NCBI RefSeq assembly: GCF_009914755.1
Contig: NC_060930.1
DNA: 64,000 nt
Source of the DNA: the human T2T-CHM13v2.0 reference genome, Homo sapiens
Reading direction: 5' to 3' (one strand)
Position numbers and translations under genes: made by a program. Below the pieces are notes generated by a model, which did not search any database, was not told where the DNA came from, and worked only from the letters and a program-made list of their open reading frames with translations. Below are positions 29,624-43,359 of this stretch, piece by piece. Position 1 is the stretch's first letter. The number at the start of each line of letters is the position of its first letter.

Positions 29624-30115
29624 CTAGTACTGGTTGTTCCTTTCTGTGTTTAGTGCTTCCTTCAGGAGCTCTTGTAAGGCAGGCCTGGTGGTGACAAAAT
29701 CTCTCAGCATTTGCTTGTCTGCAAAGGATTTTATTTCTCCTTCACTAATGAAGCCTAGTTTGGCTGGATATGAAATTCTGGTTTGAAAATTCTTTTCTTT
29801 AAGAATGTTAAATATTGGCCCCCACTCTCTTCTGGCTTGCAGGGTTTCTGCAGAGAGATCTGCTGTTAGTCTGATGGGCTTCCCTTTGAACCTTTTTTCA
29901 AGGTTCTTAACTTCCTTACATTGGGTTAGAACATGCTCCTTTAGCTCAGAGGAGTTTGTTATTGCCCACCTTCTGAAGCCTACTTCGGTCAATTCGTCAA
30001 ACTCATTCTCTGTCCAGTTTTGTTTCCTTTCTGGTGAGGAGTTGTGGTCCTTTGGAGGAGAAGAGGCAATCTGGTTTTTGGAATTTTCAGCCTTTTTGTG
30101 CTGGTTTCTCGCCAT
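29624..30115 (-). CDS. Open 163-aa L1 ORF1p deletion variant (N-terminal region fused to CTD); expression unknown
   Basis: Native ATG; ...KEVKNLEKR|FKGKPIRLTADLSAETLQARREW...; in-frame junction at 29888/29889. Confidence 0.6.
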   Translation of the reverse strand: MARNQHKKAENSKNQIASSPPKDHNSSPERKQNWTENEFDELTEVGFRRWAITNSSELKEHVLTQCKEVKNLEKRFKGKPIRLTADLSAETLQARREWGPIFNILKEKNFQTRISYPAKLGFISEGEIKSFADKQMLRDFVTTRPALQELLKEALNTERNNQY

Positions 30116-31865
30116 CTTTGTGGAAGTATCTACTTTTGGTCTTTGATATTGGTGACCTTCGGATGGGGTCTTTGAGTGGATGTGCTATTCCTTTCTGTTT
30201 GTTAGTTTTCCTTCTGACAGCCCCCTCTGCTGAAGGTCTGCTGGAATGTGCTGTAGGTCCACTCCTGACCCTGTTTGCCTGGGTATCACCAGCAGAGGCT
30301 GCAGAACAGCAAAGATTGCTGCCTGATCTTTCCTCTGGAAGCTTCGTCCCAGAGGGGCACCTGCCAGATGCCAGCCAGAGCTCTCCTGTATGAGATGTCT
30401 GTCGGCCCCTACTGGGAGATGTCTCCCAGTCAGGATACACGGGGATCAGGGACCCACTTGAGCAAGCAGTCTGAACTTTAGCAGAGCTCATACGCTGTGC
30501 TGGGAGGTCCACTGCTCTCTTCAGAGCTGTCAGGCAGGGATGTTTAAGTCTGCTGAAGCTGTGCCCACAGCGGCCCCTTTACCCAGGTGCTCTGCCCCAG
30601 GGAGATGGAGGTTTTATCTATAAGTTCCTGACTGGGGCTGCTGCCTTTTTTTCAGAGATGCCCTACCCATAGAAGAGAAATCTGGCAGTCTGGCCACAGC
30701 AGCTTTGCTGACCTGCAGTGGGATCCGACCAGTTGGAACTTCCCAGCGGCTTTGTTTACACTGTGAGCTGTGGAGCATAAAACTGCCTACTCAAGCCTCA
30801 GCAATGGTGGACGCCCCTCCCCACACCAAGCTCAAATGTCCTGGGTAGATCTCAGACTGCTGCTGTGCTGGCAGTGAGAATTTCAAGCCAGTGGATCTTA
30901 GTTTCCTGGGCTCCGTGGGGTTGGGACCTGCCAAGCCAGACCACTTGGCTCCCTGGCTTCAGCACCCCTTTGCAGGGGAGTGAACGGTTCTGTCTCACTG
31001 GCGATCCAGGTGCCACTAGGGTATGGAAAAAAAGAACTCCAGCAGCTAGTTCACTCACTGCCCAAATGGCCGCCCAGTTTTATGCTTGAAACCCAGGGCC
31101 CTGGTGGGGTAGGCACTGGAGGGAATCTCCTGGTTTGTGAGTTGTGAAGACCATGGGATAAGCGCAGTATCTGTGCTGGAGTTCCTCAGGCTCAGTCCCT
31201 CATGGCTTCCCTTGGGTAGGGGAGAAAAATCTCCCGATCCCTTGCGCTTCCCAGGAGAGGCGATGCTCCGCCCTGCTTCAGCTCACCCTCGGTGGGCTTC
31301 ACCCACTGTCCTACCAGTCCCAGTGAGATGAACCGGGTACCTCAGTTGGTAATGCAGAAATCACCCACCTTCTGCATCGATCTCACTGGGAGCTGCAGAC
31401 CGGAGCTGTCCCTGTTTGGCCATCTTGCCACAGGATCATCAAAGATTTTATATGCATACACATACATAAATGTAAAATCTATTTTATCTTCTTTTACACT
31501 AAGGCACTTGAATTTTGATTATTTTATACTTAGCAATATAGCTTGAAAGTTTTTTATATTAGCTTATACAGAGTTTTGTTGTTGTTGTTGTTTCTTCAGC
31601 TGCATAGTGCAGCATTCCATTGTGTGACTCTATTATACTTTAGCTATTTGGGGTATATCTTATATTATTATACATGATGCTGCAATTATATTTTGGAGTT
31701 GCCATATTAAAATGCATTGCTCTTCCTTGACATTTGTCTTAATCAACATTTCTAACAGCAATGTATGAATGTAACTGTTTCTTCACAATTTAGTCCACTT
31801 TGTTCATTATCAAGCTTTTGTATTTTTCAAATCTAATAAATTAAAAATGGTATCCCAGCATAGTT

Positions 31866-31956
31866 TATATATATATGTGTGTATATATACACACATATAT
31901 ACTCATACATATATACACATATACACACATATATACATATATTTGTGTACATATAT
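31866..31956. repeat. (TA)/(CA) mixed microsatellite
   Basis: Read directly from sequence. Confidence 0.85.
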
Positions 31957-31959
31957 AAA

Positions 31960-32652
31960 ATAAATAAAATTAGCATAACATAAAATTAAACATTTTAGGA
32001 TGAAAAATAAAGTGAAATTTAATACATTTACCATGTTGTGGAATCACTACTTTTGTTAAGTTTCAAACATTTTTATCACCCCAAAAGAAAACTTCATACT
32101 TATTAATCAGTCAGCTATCATTTTCCCCTCTCCTCAGCTCCTAGCAATCATTAGTCTGCTTTCAGTCTCCATGAATCTATCCAATCTAGATATTTCCTAT
32201 AAATGGAATTATACAAAATAGTTTTTGTTTGGCTTTCTACACTTAGCAAAATGTTTTGAGGTTCATCCACATTGTAGCATATATCAGTATTTCATTCCTT
32301 TTTATGACTGTTTAACATCCCATTTTATGTATATACCACAATTTCTTTATGCATTGATTCATTTATGAAAAGTTGGATTTTGTTCACCTTTTGCCTATTA
32401 TGAACTTTTGCTGCTACAGACATTTGTGTATAGATATTTGAGTACCTGTTTTCAATTTTTAGGTTATATATGTAGGAGTGAAATTGCTGAATCATAAAGT
32501 AATTCAATGTTTAGTTTTTTGAGGAAATGCCAAACTGTTTTCCATGACAACTAGATCATTTTGCTTTCCAACCAGCAATGTCTGAGGGTTGAAAATTCTT
32601 CACATCCTTAACAATACTTAATCCTTTTCCCTCTTTTTAAAAAAATTATAGC
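31960..32652 (-). mobile_element. L1MB 3' end
   Basis: aacatttttatcaccccaaaagaaaac ... ataaatggaattatacaa ... aggagtgaaattgctgaatca. Confidence 0.8.
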
Positions 32653-33382
32653 CGTTATGGAAAACAGTACAGAGTTTCCTCAAATAATTAAAAATAGAAC
32701 TTCCATATAATCCAAAAATTTCACTACTGAGTATATATCCTAGGGAAATGAAACCAGTATGTTGAAGAGATATCTGTACTCCCATGTTTATTGCAGCACT
32801 GTTAACAACAGTCAAAATGTGGACTCAACTTGTGTCCAACAATGAATGAATGAATAAAAACATGTGGCATATACAACAGAATACCATTCAGCCTTAAAAA
32901 AGAGTAAAATCCTGTCATTTGCAACAACTTAGATAAATCTGAAGATCATTATGTTAAGTAAAATAAGCCAGACACAGAAAGATAATACTGCATGTTCTCA
33001 CTCACTTGCAGATTCTAAAGGAGTTGATATCATAGAAGTAGAAAGTAGAAGAGTGATTACCAGAGACTGGAGAGGGGAGGCTGAAGGGGTATATATGAAA
33101 AGAACGGTCAAGCAGTAAAAGTTACAATAGAAAAAATGAATAAATTCTGGGGTTATATTGCACAGTTGCATGACTACAGTCAACAGAAAGTATTGTATAC
33201 CTCAAAACAACTAGAAAAGAAGATTTTTTATGCTCCTACCACGAAGAAATAATGAATGTTTGAGGTGATGGATATGCTAATTATCCTGATTTGATCATTA
33301 CACAATATATACATGTGTTGAAACATCACGTTATACCCTATAAATATGTACAATTATGTGTCAATTAGAAAATAAAAATAAG
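32647..33382 (+). mobile_element. L1MA 3' end with A-rich tail
   Basis: tatggaaaacagtacagag ... ttgatcattacacaatatatacatgtgttgaaacatcac ... aataaaaataa. Confidence 0.85.
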
Positions 33383-35684
33383 TGAATATATATTATTGAA
33401 AGAATGTTGATTAAACTGGCCCCTTTAACAAAATGAATTTCCATCTTTTTTTTGTTCAAGCCAGCCAACTTAGATGGCTGTAGAAATTATTGCTTCCTCT
33501 CACAGGACACACTTGGCATTTCCCTATCTATTTCCCTTTCCTTCTTATATTCGCTATTTTGTGCTCAGTGACACCTAGATCTCTTCATTTTTTCATTCCC
33601 TACTATTCTCCCATTTTTTTTCATCCCAAGCATACTGTGCAATTCTATCCAATCATCTACCCTCACTTTAGAAGGTTCATTCTACTTCCACTTCATTATA
33701 TTCATTCTCAAATGTGAAAATGTGAGGACTGTTGAGAAAATAACTATGGTCTCTCCCAAACTCTAGTCCTTAGGTTGAAAAATTTTTAATGTAATGGTAA
33801 AGTGCAAGTACTCTTAATTTATGTGGTCACACAGCACTAACGGGACTGTTGCTCAAAAACAGAATGGAAATTATTTGGCCATCCAAAAAAGGTTATGCTA
33901 TTTAACAATTGAAAGCTACTGGTTTATGGATATTCACAGCCTCTTCTCTTTCTTACTTTTGCATGACTCACCAGCTGAGCATTCTCTCTTCTTTTCTTAG
34001 TGCTTACTTTGCAGATTATAATGTTTCTTTACATGTGTCAAAGTACTTTCACATTTGGTTAGTTTGGGGATGTGGGCAAGAGATACTAAATGGGAGGAGG
34101 AAGTATTTGCTTATGAAATGGTTAAGATTCAGTTACCTGAGAAAAAATAAAGAAGAGGAAATAAAGAAGAGAGGAAAGGGAAAGGGGAAAAAAGAAAAGA
34201 ATCATTATACGGGCAGGAGCTTAGAGAAGGTTTAATAGTAAAAATTTAGAGACAGAGGCTGAAGGATGTGAGCAATATTGAAAGCTAGAGGAACAGGAGA
34301 GAGTTTTCAGAAAGCATTATTTTGGATTACAAATGAGATTGATTTCAAGGTCCTTTTGACATGTCAAAAAGGTTAAATGTATTTTAAATTATTTCAGTTG
34401 CTATGTTTGTTATGCTAAATGCAACATCCCATGGAAGGTGAAATATAAAAAGTCTCAGCTTATTTTTAGGTTGCTTTTATTTTGTTGTCTTTTTGGGGTA
34501 ATTATTTAAATGAAAATAGAATATTAACATAAAATTCTGGTAGATAATCTATAAATCCTAAAAATATATTTGCTAACCCCAGTTTGAGAAGTTTATGGAC
34601 TTTCACACTCAGTGCTCATGACAAAGCTAACTTAGGCCCAACTTTGTGAAATATGAAAACTGTTGAAGGAAAAAAGTGGTTCTCCCATAAAATGTTAATG
34701 CATTTTGCTTCATTTTTTTTTTTTGTTATTTCACAAGGCACCTTATATTTTTCTGTAAAGTCTGCATGAAAAATAGAAGAGGTAGGGAAGTAGCCTTCCT
34801 TAGTGATTTAGGGTTCTCAGAAACACAGGGGCTCTGAATTCCAAACATAAGTGGAAGTATGGTTGTAAGATAAGTCTTCAGAAATAAAAGGTCAATATCT
34901 ATTGTGATGAATAAAAATGATCTATTCTTTAAAAAGATTTTTCTCTCTCCTATTTTTTCTTCTCATATTTTCTCTGCTTCCTATCATTGTAAATATAAAA
35001 AAAACAAAAATTTTAAATACCAAATGATTTCTCTTTACGGTTCATCTTTTTTTCTGCAAGAACTTCAATTTTGTTTGTTTTTTTGTTTGTGTGCATCTAT
35101 GTATATATAACATTTCAGTTAAAAACAATCAAATAAAAAACAAGCAAATAAAGTGAACAAAATGTGAAAAGCCCTTGTCCTACACTGACAAATATTTACC
35201 CTTCAAGGCGAAATTATTTCTTAATAACTTCCTTGCCCTTCAAAAGTTATGAAAATATCCATTCCTGTTTATTTTTAATGGGTGAAAAAAGAATAAAGAA
35301 AGATAGTGCTTGCCAATTAGAGTGTATGTTGAATCCAACTTATCTCAAATAGCCACTTGTGACTGCTATATTTTTTCATTACTCACTTATGAAAGAAATA
35401 GTACTTTAAATTATTTTTCCAATTTGTAAAAGTGTGTTTGTTGCCAAGACTTCTGAACATATGACTAGTTCTAATCCATCAAAAATATAATATCTAGTAG
35501 CAAACCATAGTATTCATAGCATTAAATCATCTGTCTTTATAACATGAGTTCTACGTTCCCAGCATTAACAGACAAGCCTGTTTTTGCTTGCCATCAAAGT
35601 GCTGATTTGGTATTACCCAAATGAAACAACTTCATAGAGCCATACAATGTTTACTCAGTTTGAGAATGCCCTGTAGACCATTTC

Positions 35685-36065
35685 CTTCATTCATTTTCTT
35701 TGTTCACTCTTTTTAGTATATATTTATTGAACCCTCTGTATTCCACTTGGCAAAGAAATAAATACATAGAATTTTCTACAGAAAAGTTTGTAAATATTCA
35801 AAGTTTAACAATAACATAACACTTAAATAACAAAGATGGCAATTGTCATATGACAATTTTTTATGAGTGTCTAATACATTTTGGCATATTCTTAGAGGAT
35901 TGTGAATGAGAATGGTCAAGGAAGCCCTCAAATTAAAGGTACAACTTGAACTGGAAACTTGTAACAGGTGCAGGAAATCAATTTTAAGAGAAAAAATAAT
36001 ATTCCAAGAAAAGGAAGAAAGAACATTCCAAAAAAGGGACCTAAGCAAAAATGCCATGGTAGGTA
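35685..36065 (-). mobile_element. L2 fragment
   Basis: cattcattt..atatttattgaaccctctgta; gaatggtcaaggaagccctc; agaacattcca. Confidence 0.5.
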
Positions 36066-38451
36066 ACAGAAGGTAAATGCCTCTTAATGCACTAATTCAC
36101 TTGGCAGTATTAGAGGGATCAGACAGGCAATGCAAGAGTGTCACCATAGTAGCTTTAATTTACAAAGTATGAGAGAGCCTAACATTAAAACAATCTACAT
36201 ATATTCCTATTTCTAAATTAATTGAATAGATAAGAAACATTCTTTATTTAAAATAGTGAAATATTTAATTTCCTTTGGAATGTGCTTTGTATTGAAATTC
36301 AAATAGAATTTGTTTGATGTGACATTGTGCAGATTGGATTATGGAAGGGCTATGGAGCATTCTCTGACTGTTGGTTCATCTCCATCTAAAAGATGAACAA
36401 TACTTCCTAGCTATGAATATTGCAAAATCCAAATCACATTGTTTCTCTTAAAATTTCTAGAGTAGACATTCTTCTGAAGCTAGAGTAAATTAGGCATGTT
36501 CCAAGATGGCGATGTCTAAAAACAAGTCCACAATCCTGTTGCTTACATTGGATGAAAATACATTGGGCAATAAGTTAAAAAAAACTTTTCTGTAATAAAA
36601 TTCACTTTAATATTTTGACAGAAAAAGTAGTTGCTAAATTCATTGGAGTATAATTTATTATTACTAATGTCAAATAAAAATATTGTGACAAATCTTTGCT
36701 TGTTTTATAAGTGATTTATTTTCACATCCTTCCACTTACAACTGCAACCTTAAAATAAACTGAGAATACTAACAGCATGTTAATTACTGAAGAATTATAT
36801 AACTATGGTATCAGTCCATAATGAAGTATAATAATCTTCAGCCAAACCTAACTTTAAAATTTTAAATGACTAAAGACTAAATTAAACATATTTTTAAACC
36901 ATTGCATCATTAACTGGATATTAACAGGAGCCTCATCTTCAAGGTATTTTAAAATTACTGGCCACTCAATGATGTTTGGATTGTATCTTACACAAATTAT
37001 TTATTCAAAATTAATACAGTTCAGATAATTCAGATCTAAACTTGAAATACATTTCATATCTTAGTTTTCTTTTTCAAATGCACTGGGGCTAATTGTGTGA
37101 TCTACTGATAGTAAAGTTTTTCCTTTAAAATTTAACCAGAATAAGATATTAGAATATACTCAGTAAAATTTATCACCATCAGAACACATTGAGAATCTAT
37201 CTTTGTAACATGCTTTATTAGTTGTTGCGCACAGCAAGCGAGACAGACGTAATCTGTCCCTGAGGAATTTACAATCCAACACTGATAATGCTGACACAGG
37301 TGCTGCCAAGGCAATTCGGGCAAAGAAATCAGCATTAAACAGATAGATAAATAGGTGAACTTAAATGTAGTAATAATAAATAACTCTAAATGCAATAATT
37401 TGTGCTCTGATACTTCGAATATGTTTTCTTTCAAATAACTCACTAGTCTCTCAATACTTGAGTCACAGGAACGTATATGAAGGTACAATGGCATAATAAA
37501 GACTGGTCAATGAAGTTGCATGCTTGGCTGGGACAACCACAGAAAAGAGCAAAAAAAACCACAGTGGTGGGAAATTTCAAGAAAGAAAAGGAATTGGCTC
37601 AATGTGTCTCAGTGTCAAAAACTGGACTAGGAATGTGAATTTGCTCTTTGGATCCAAATAGAAGGAATATTTAAAGCAAGTACTGATCTTCTCTCAGTTC
37701 ACTCCTGACTGTCATGTGCTTGAAATAATTCACTAAAATAGTAAAAGAGAAACAAAAACCTCCATGAATTGAATGTAAAAGGGATGAATTACTCCAGCAA
37801 CCTGATCAGTAATTCCTAGTTTCTGTTGCTGGGCTCAGAAAAATTTATCATGATCTTAGAGTAAAGGAATATCTGTAATATTTACTTTGTTGAAAATAGT
37901 CTTTATAAGAAAACAGCAAGTATTTATGTGCTTTGCTTTTGTTTGGTTATAGTACATCTTTTTCCCAAACAATGTAATTCTACATGGTTGAGGAAAACAA
38001 GCATATGTTCAGATAAAGCTAAATAAATATATACATTTTGACTGGGGGGAGGACACTGTGGCATGGTACACAGTGTTTAAGGTGACTGAGTTGTGATGAC
38101 AGTGGAGAGCTATTGAATCTGCTCTACTGTGCCCTATTTTCTTCATGGAAGCCAAATCTGATTCTAGAAGAGAGAAAATGAAGCTAGGTTGCAAGCACTG
38201 CTGAAATAATCTGGCAGGATTTTATTCATCCGGTTTAAAGAAAACACTAAAGTTTGAATAAGATTTTTTTTTTTCAGAACAACAAAAAAATTCTCTTTCA
38301 AATGTATAAAAGATCAGACTTCTAAAAAATGTACTCAATGTCCTTATTAAATAAAGCTATTTTGGAATATAAAGTTGACATAGTGGCATATTTAATAATT
38401 TAAAAAATATTTAGCACAAGGTTCAATGTTTCAAAAAATTAGGTTAACACT

Positions 38452-39120
38452 GCTTTTTATTTGTATACATTTATGAGGTACAGGTGTACTTTTGTTTCAC
38501 GGATATAATGTGTAGTGGTGAAGTCAGGGATTCAAGTGTATTCATCACCAGAATAACCTACTTTGAATTCATTAGTTAATTTCTCATCATCCAGCTCCTC
38601 CTATCCTCTCACCCTTTGAGTATTCATTGTTTATCATTCCATACTTTACATTAATGTGTACATATTATTTAGCTCCTACTTATAAGTGAGAACATGTGGT
38701 ATTTGTTTTTCTGTGTCTGAGTTGTTTCACTTAAGATAATGGCCTTCAGTTCCATCCACGTTGCTGCAAATGACATTATTTCATTCTTTTTATGGCTGCA
38801 TAGTATTACATGGTATATAAATACCATATTTTCTTTATCCAATCATCCATTGATGAACACTTAGAGTGATTACATATCTTTGCTATTGTGAACAGCGCTG
38901 TGAATAAACATACAAGTGCAGGTATCTTTTTGATATAATGATTTCTTTTCCTTTGGATTGATACCTAGTTGTGAGGTTAGTGGATCAAATAATAGCTCTA
39001 TTTTTAGTTCTTTGAGAAATCTACATCCTGTTTTTCATAGAGGTTGTACTAATTTATGTTCCCACCAACAGTGTGTAAGCATTCCTTTTTCTCTGCATCC
39101 TCACCAGCATCTGTTATTTG
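38452..39120 (-). mobile_element. L1MA (L1MA1-3-like) 3' end
   Basis: tacatttatgaggtacaggtg ... tttagctcctacttataagtgagaacatgtgg ... catcctcaccagcatctgttattt. Confidence 0.85.
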
Positions 39121-39169
39121 AATTTGTGTATATTAAGTATACTGTTTTGTATTCCTATATTAATCACAG

Positions 39170-40200
39170 ATTAATAAATATGAAATAATACAAAAGAAAA
39201 ATTAAGAAAAAAGGCAAAAAGTAATCAAGTATATGATGAATATGATCTAAAATTATTATAGGGAAAGTCTTGAGAAAGAGAGAAACATTTTAATTAATCA
39301 AAAGTGACAAAAGGGAAATTCTTACAAACAAATTTTTTAACAATTTGGAGTGCTGGATTTTTCTACATCTGAAAGAGCAGAAGCATTGAACAAATATTTC
39401 AAATTATCATCCTCTGGCAGGATTTCTCTAACATAAAAACAAAAACCATTCCCACAGAAAGGAAAATATTTTTCTTCCTTTCTAAATATATTGGAAATCC
39501 TGCTCCTCTAAATATGTCAGAGAAAATGGTAAAATAGAAAGAAATCCTCGATTGAAGGAATTTCTTCTAAAATGAAAGCCAGGACATGAAGAAAATCTTC
39601 ATAGACAGATACGTAGAGAGATACGTAGACTAAATGGAATGAAAAAGAAATATAATTATGACTAGTAAAAGAGATAGGAAGTTAAGCATAGGACCACTCC
39701 AGAAGTTAAAATTTTTTTTTTCTGAAACAAATCAGTGGCTTAGAAAAATTAGTGAGAACAGTTACATATTGAAAGACATACAGAGACATAAGTGTTCCAC
39801 ACAAGTGTTAACAATGTGTGGAAATTTGGTAGATCTTGATTCAGACAAAACAAATAGTACAAAAGAGTTTTTTAAAAATCTGGGGAAATTGCTTATGTGC
39901 TTGATATTATTTAGTATTAAGGAATTATTGCTAGTTTTGTTATGAATGATAACGACATTGTTTTTATACAAGAAATCGTTCATACTTTTTGGAGATACAC
40001 ACTGAAGTATGTAGAGGCAAATGATGATAGCTGTGATTTGCTTTAAAATAAATTCAACATTGAAAAAAGAAAATAAAATAAGGGATAGATGAAGCAATCT
40101 AGGGCAAATCTTAATTGTTAATAGGAACTTGCATGTGTGAAAGTTGAATGGACTTTTCTCTCAATGTATGTTTGAAATTTTTCGTTATAGAAATGTTAAT
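39170..40200 (+). mobile_element. Ancient L1 (L1MC-like) fragments including 3' end at ~39760-40200
   Basis: gatcttgattcagacaaa, tattaaggaattattg, gagatacacactgaagtat, gatttgctttaaaata. Confidence 0.65.
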
Positions 40201-42321
40201 ATTTTATGATGATAAAAATAATATACATATGTTTTAGAAATTTTGGAAAATACAGTAAATTATAAGTAAAATAAAATTCAGCTATGGTTCTACCATCAGA
40301 AATAACTTATCTTAAAGGTTTGAGATATTTATGTTCTAGAAGTTATTGATAGAGAATTTTTATTATTATTTAGTTTTAATCATAGTAAATATATATGGTG
40401 AATTATATAATGATGTCTCGATCCTTTCATTTTTCTTTTGTGTTTTAACTCCTTTCTAAAAGAGTATCATAAAATCCATTTAATATTAAGACTAATCATA
40501 TTATATATAAACATTTTAAATTTCAGATTTTATAAGTAACATTTTAAAGTTGTTCATGACATTTAAAAATCTACCTATCTTTTTGTTAAGTTTATAAATA
40601 TTCTGTTTTTAATTCACAACAAGAGGGTCTGCTGTGTTATTTTGTTCACATTGTGTATATATATTCTACATCAGGAAAAAATGATGAGTTCAGTAGAAAG
40701 CTTTTTCTAAATAATTCCTGGTACGAAGTTGGTGCAAGGTGAGTCACACGTTGCTGAGAATTCAGTGAACACAAGCTACTCAAATTCTGTCGATTTTAAG
40801 AAGTGAAGACATGTATATGCCAGTCCAGAACTCCTAGGGTGAAATGAAGATGAAACCTTCCCTGACCATCAATAAGTAATTTTTACTTACTGAGAGATGG
40901 GGAAAGACTAATTCAGGGATGGCAAAATGCAGATTATTATTTGACACACATTATTGCCCCTCTCAATAATTCTTTGACACACAAAGAATAACCTTGACTG
41001 TAAGTTGCCTGCTTCTCTATCAAAATTGAAACTTTGAATGGAATAGTATTAATTACCCATCATATTTCCTTATTACTAGATTGTGAGTTCCTTGACGGTA
41101 AAGACAGTATCTTTTATTTCTGAAAGGCAAATAAGTAGGCACTCAAAATGTAACTAAAATTTAGATAGAGAAATTATTTTCTTAAAAGTTTATGATGTGG
41201 TCATTAAGAATGTCTAAATTAATCAAGATGCAGACAAGATTTTATAAGAATAGAGAAATATAATTCAAAGCAGAAAAAATTATTAACTACTTTTAAGAAA
41301 AAAATCAGATGAGAAGATAAATGCTCTGATGATATCTCCATTCCATCTTACATCTTTTCTATTTTTGAGGCTTCAATTCCTATCTTTCCTTCAAGAACGA
41401 GGTAAAATTAATCTGCTCCAAATATATACATAATCTCTTTGGTTCAACTGTCACTATGCTTTATCTAAACATACTAAGACCTTTTTTTCTTCTCATCTCA
41501 AAACTTAAGCATCTTGGTTTTATGGCTATAATTTTATTTATATTTATTTTTGTTTTACTTAAATTGCTTAAAACATAATACAAACTACGTATTTATGTGT
41601 TGAATACCTATATGAGTAAATGGATAAACATCATAATGTACTCTACTATTAATCAAAGCAAGCATAAGATAATAAAAGAGATTCTTATTAAATAAAAACG
41701 GAATGAACTACCTATTATCATGGCAGCATTATTAAACTCTTTAGGAGACTGGTATAAAATGACCAGCTGGATTTTTCTTCACCCTAGAATTATTACCAAG
41801 GCCCAAAGCTGGAGACCAGAGGAAGTATTACAATTAGTAGGTTCTGAGAATTACTTGAGATTAGGGCCAGCCACCCCTTCAAAAAGAATTATTGAGAGGG
41901 TCCAGCTCAGAGAATAAATTCAACCATGTATGATATTCAAAATAATTACTAACCAGTTTGGCACAACACTGACTAATTCAAATGGATGCCAGCTGTAAAA
42001 AACCAATGTGGCTCTAAAAGCTAATACTATTTTCACTTTTACCCTCTGATAATGTCAGAAGACCAGGAGAACAGCTCTGTAAAATTCAGTTCCTTCTCAT
42101 CAGGGAGGTTGCTTTCACAAATGGAAGACTGGCAATGATATGCCCATTGACTTGGAAACATCGTGATCTTCTCTTGTGCTATTGGCGGAACATCAAAAAG
42201 AAAGGTAGACTGCCTGTAGAAAGGGGACAGGTACTGTTCCTCCTTAATTTACAGATTACTAAGAGAAACAGGAGTTAGATTTTTCACCTTCTCATATGTC
42301 CAAGATCTGCCAAGGGTCTAG

Positions 42322-42539
42322 CAAGCTTGTCCAACCCGTGACCTGTGGGTCACATGCAGCCCAGGACGCCTTTGAATACAGCCCAACACAAAATCATAAA
42401 CTTTCTTAAAACATTATGAGATTTTTTTTTTTTTGTAGCTCATCAGCTATCATTAATGTTAGTGTATTTTATGTGTAGCCCAAGACAATTCTTCTTCTTG
42501 CAATGTGGCCCACGGAAGCTAAAAAATTGGACACCTCTG
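42322..42539 (-). mobile_element. MER30 (hAT-Charlie DNA transposon fossil)
   Basis: caagcttgtccaaccc ... ttggacacctctg is the reverse complement of the MER30 termini. Confidence 0.88.
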
Positions 42540-43359
42540 GGTAGGGGAGGGCGGTGGAAGGGTGAAAGGGAGATGGAGAATACAGTATTACCAGTACTGC
42601 CACCATGTGGTTACAAATAGTCATACACACCAGAGGGTGCCAGCGGGATGTCATCCATTTGAGACTAAAGGAACACCTTGAGCTTAAACAAACTACACAT
42701 AAATGAACCTCCTTCGCAGTAGGACAAGTTGGCCCTTCACCTGTCCAACTCAAATACCAGAAAAGTAATGCTAACTTTATCAGAGACCTCTACTTCCTAC
42801 TGCTTCAACCCTCTTTTAGCCTTTCGGTGTTAATATCTTTACTATCTCCTATCTTTGCCCCCTCAGTTGACCTTTCTTTTCCCCCATCATTACATCCTGC
42901 ATTTTAGCAGCCTAAGAAATGTTACCTTTTTATGCTCTTTTACACCTTATTCCCAGTAAAGGATCCTTTTTCTTGTTCCTTCCTCTCAGTGCCTCATTCT
43001 CTATTAATTCCTTATAGCACATCTCTTTTTTTACATTATATTAAATAAATAATTTCTTCCAGTTTGAAAGAGCTCCATAAATTCATAACTTCACAATCAG
43101 AACATGGGTTGAAGTTCAGCAACCCTCCTTTCTTCCTGAGAATCTTGCTACAGTAAAATCCCACACAACCATATGTGGCAGGAAAGTATAAAATGCTGTA
43201 AAAGAAGATAAAATGAAAAGTCATTAAAATAACCCTCATAAAAAACTTAAAACCAACAGAAATAGCATGCAATATGAAATTGCTATAGAATTTATGTATA
43301 GTTAAAAGAAACAAATAGGTTTTTCATCCAATCAACCATTTGGCAATCTGACCATTAGA

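Noticed and set aside
30804-30850. ORF0 homologue in the L1PA6/7 5'UTR
   Set aside because: Stops after about 14 codons (MVDAPPHTKLKCPG*).
40935-40992. tttgacacaca x2 around a small attattg/caataat inverted repeat
   Set aside because: Too short to separate from chance or a trivial local duplication.
42104-42280. Open frame EVAFTNGRLAMICPLTWKH... as a coding exon
   Set aside because: No recognisable protein similarity, weak splice sites, possible CR1-derived surroundings.
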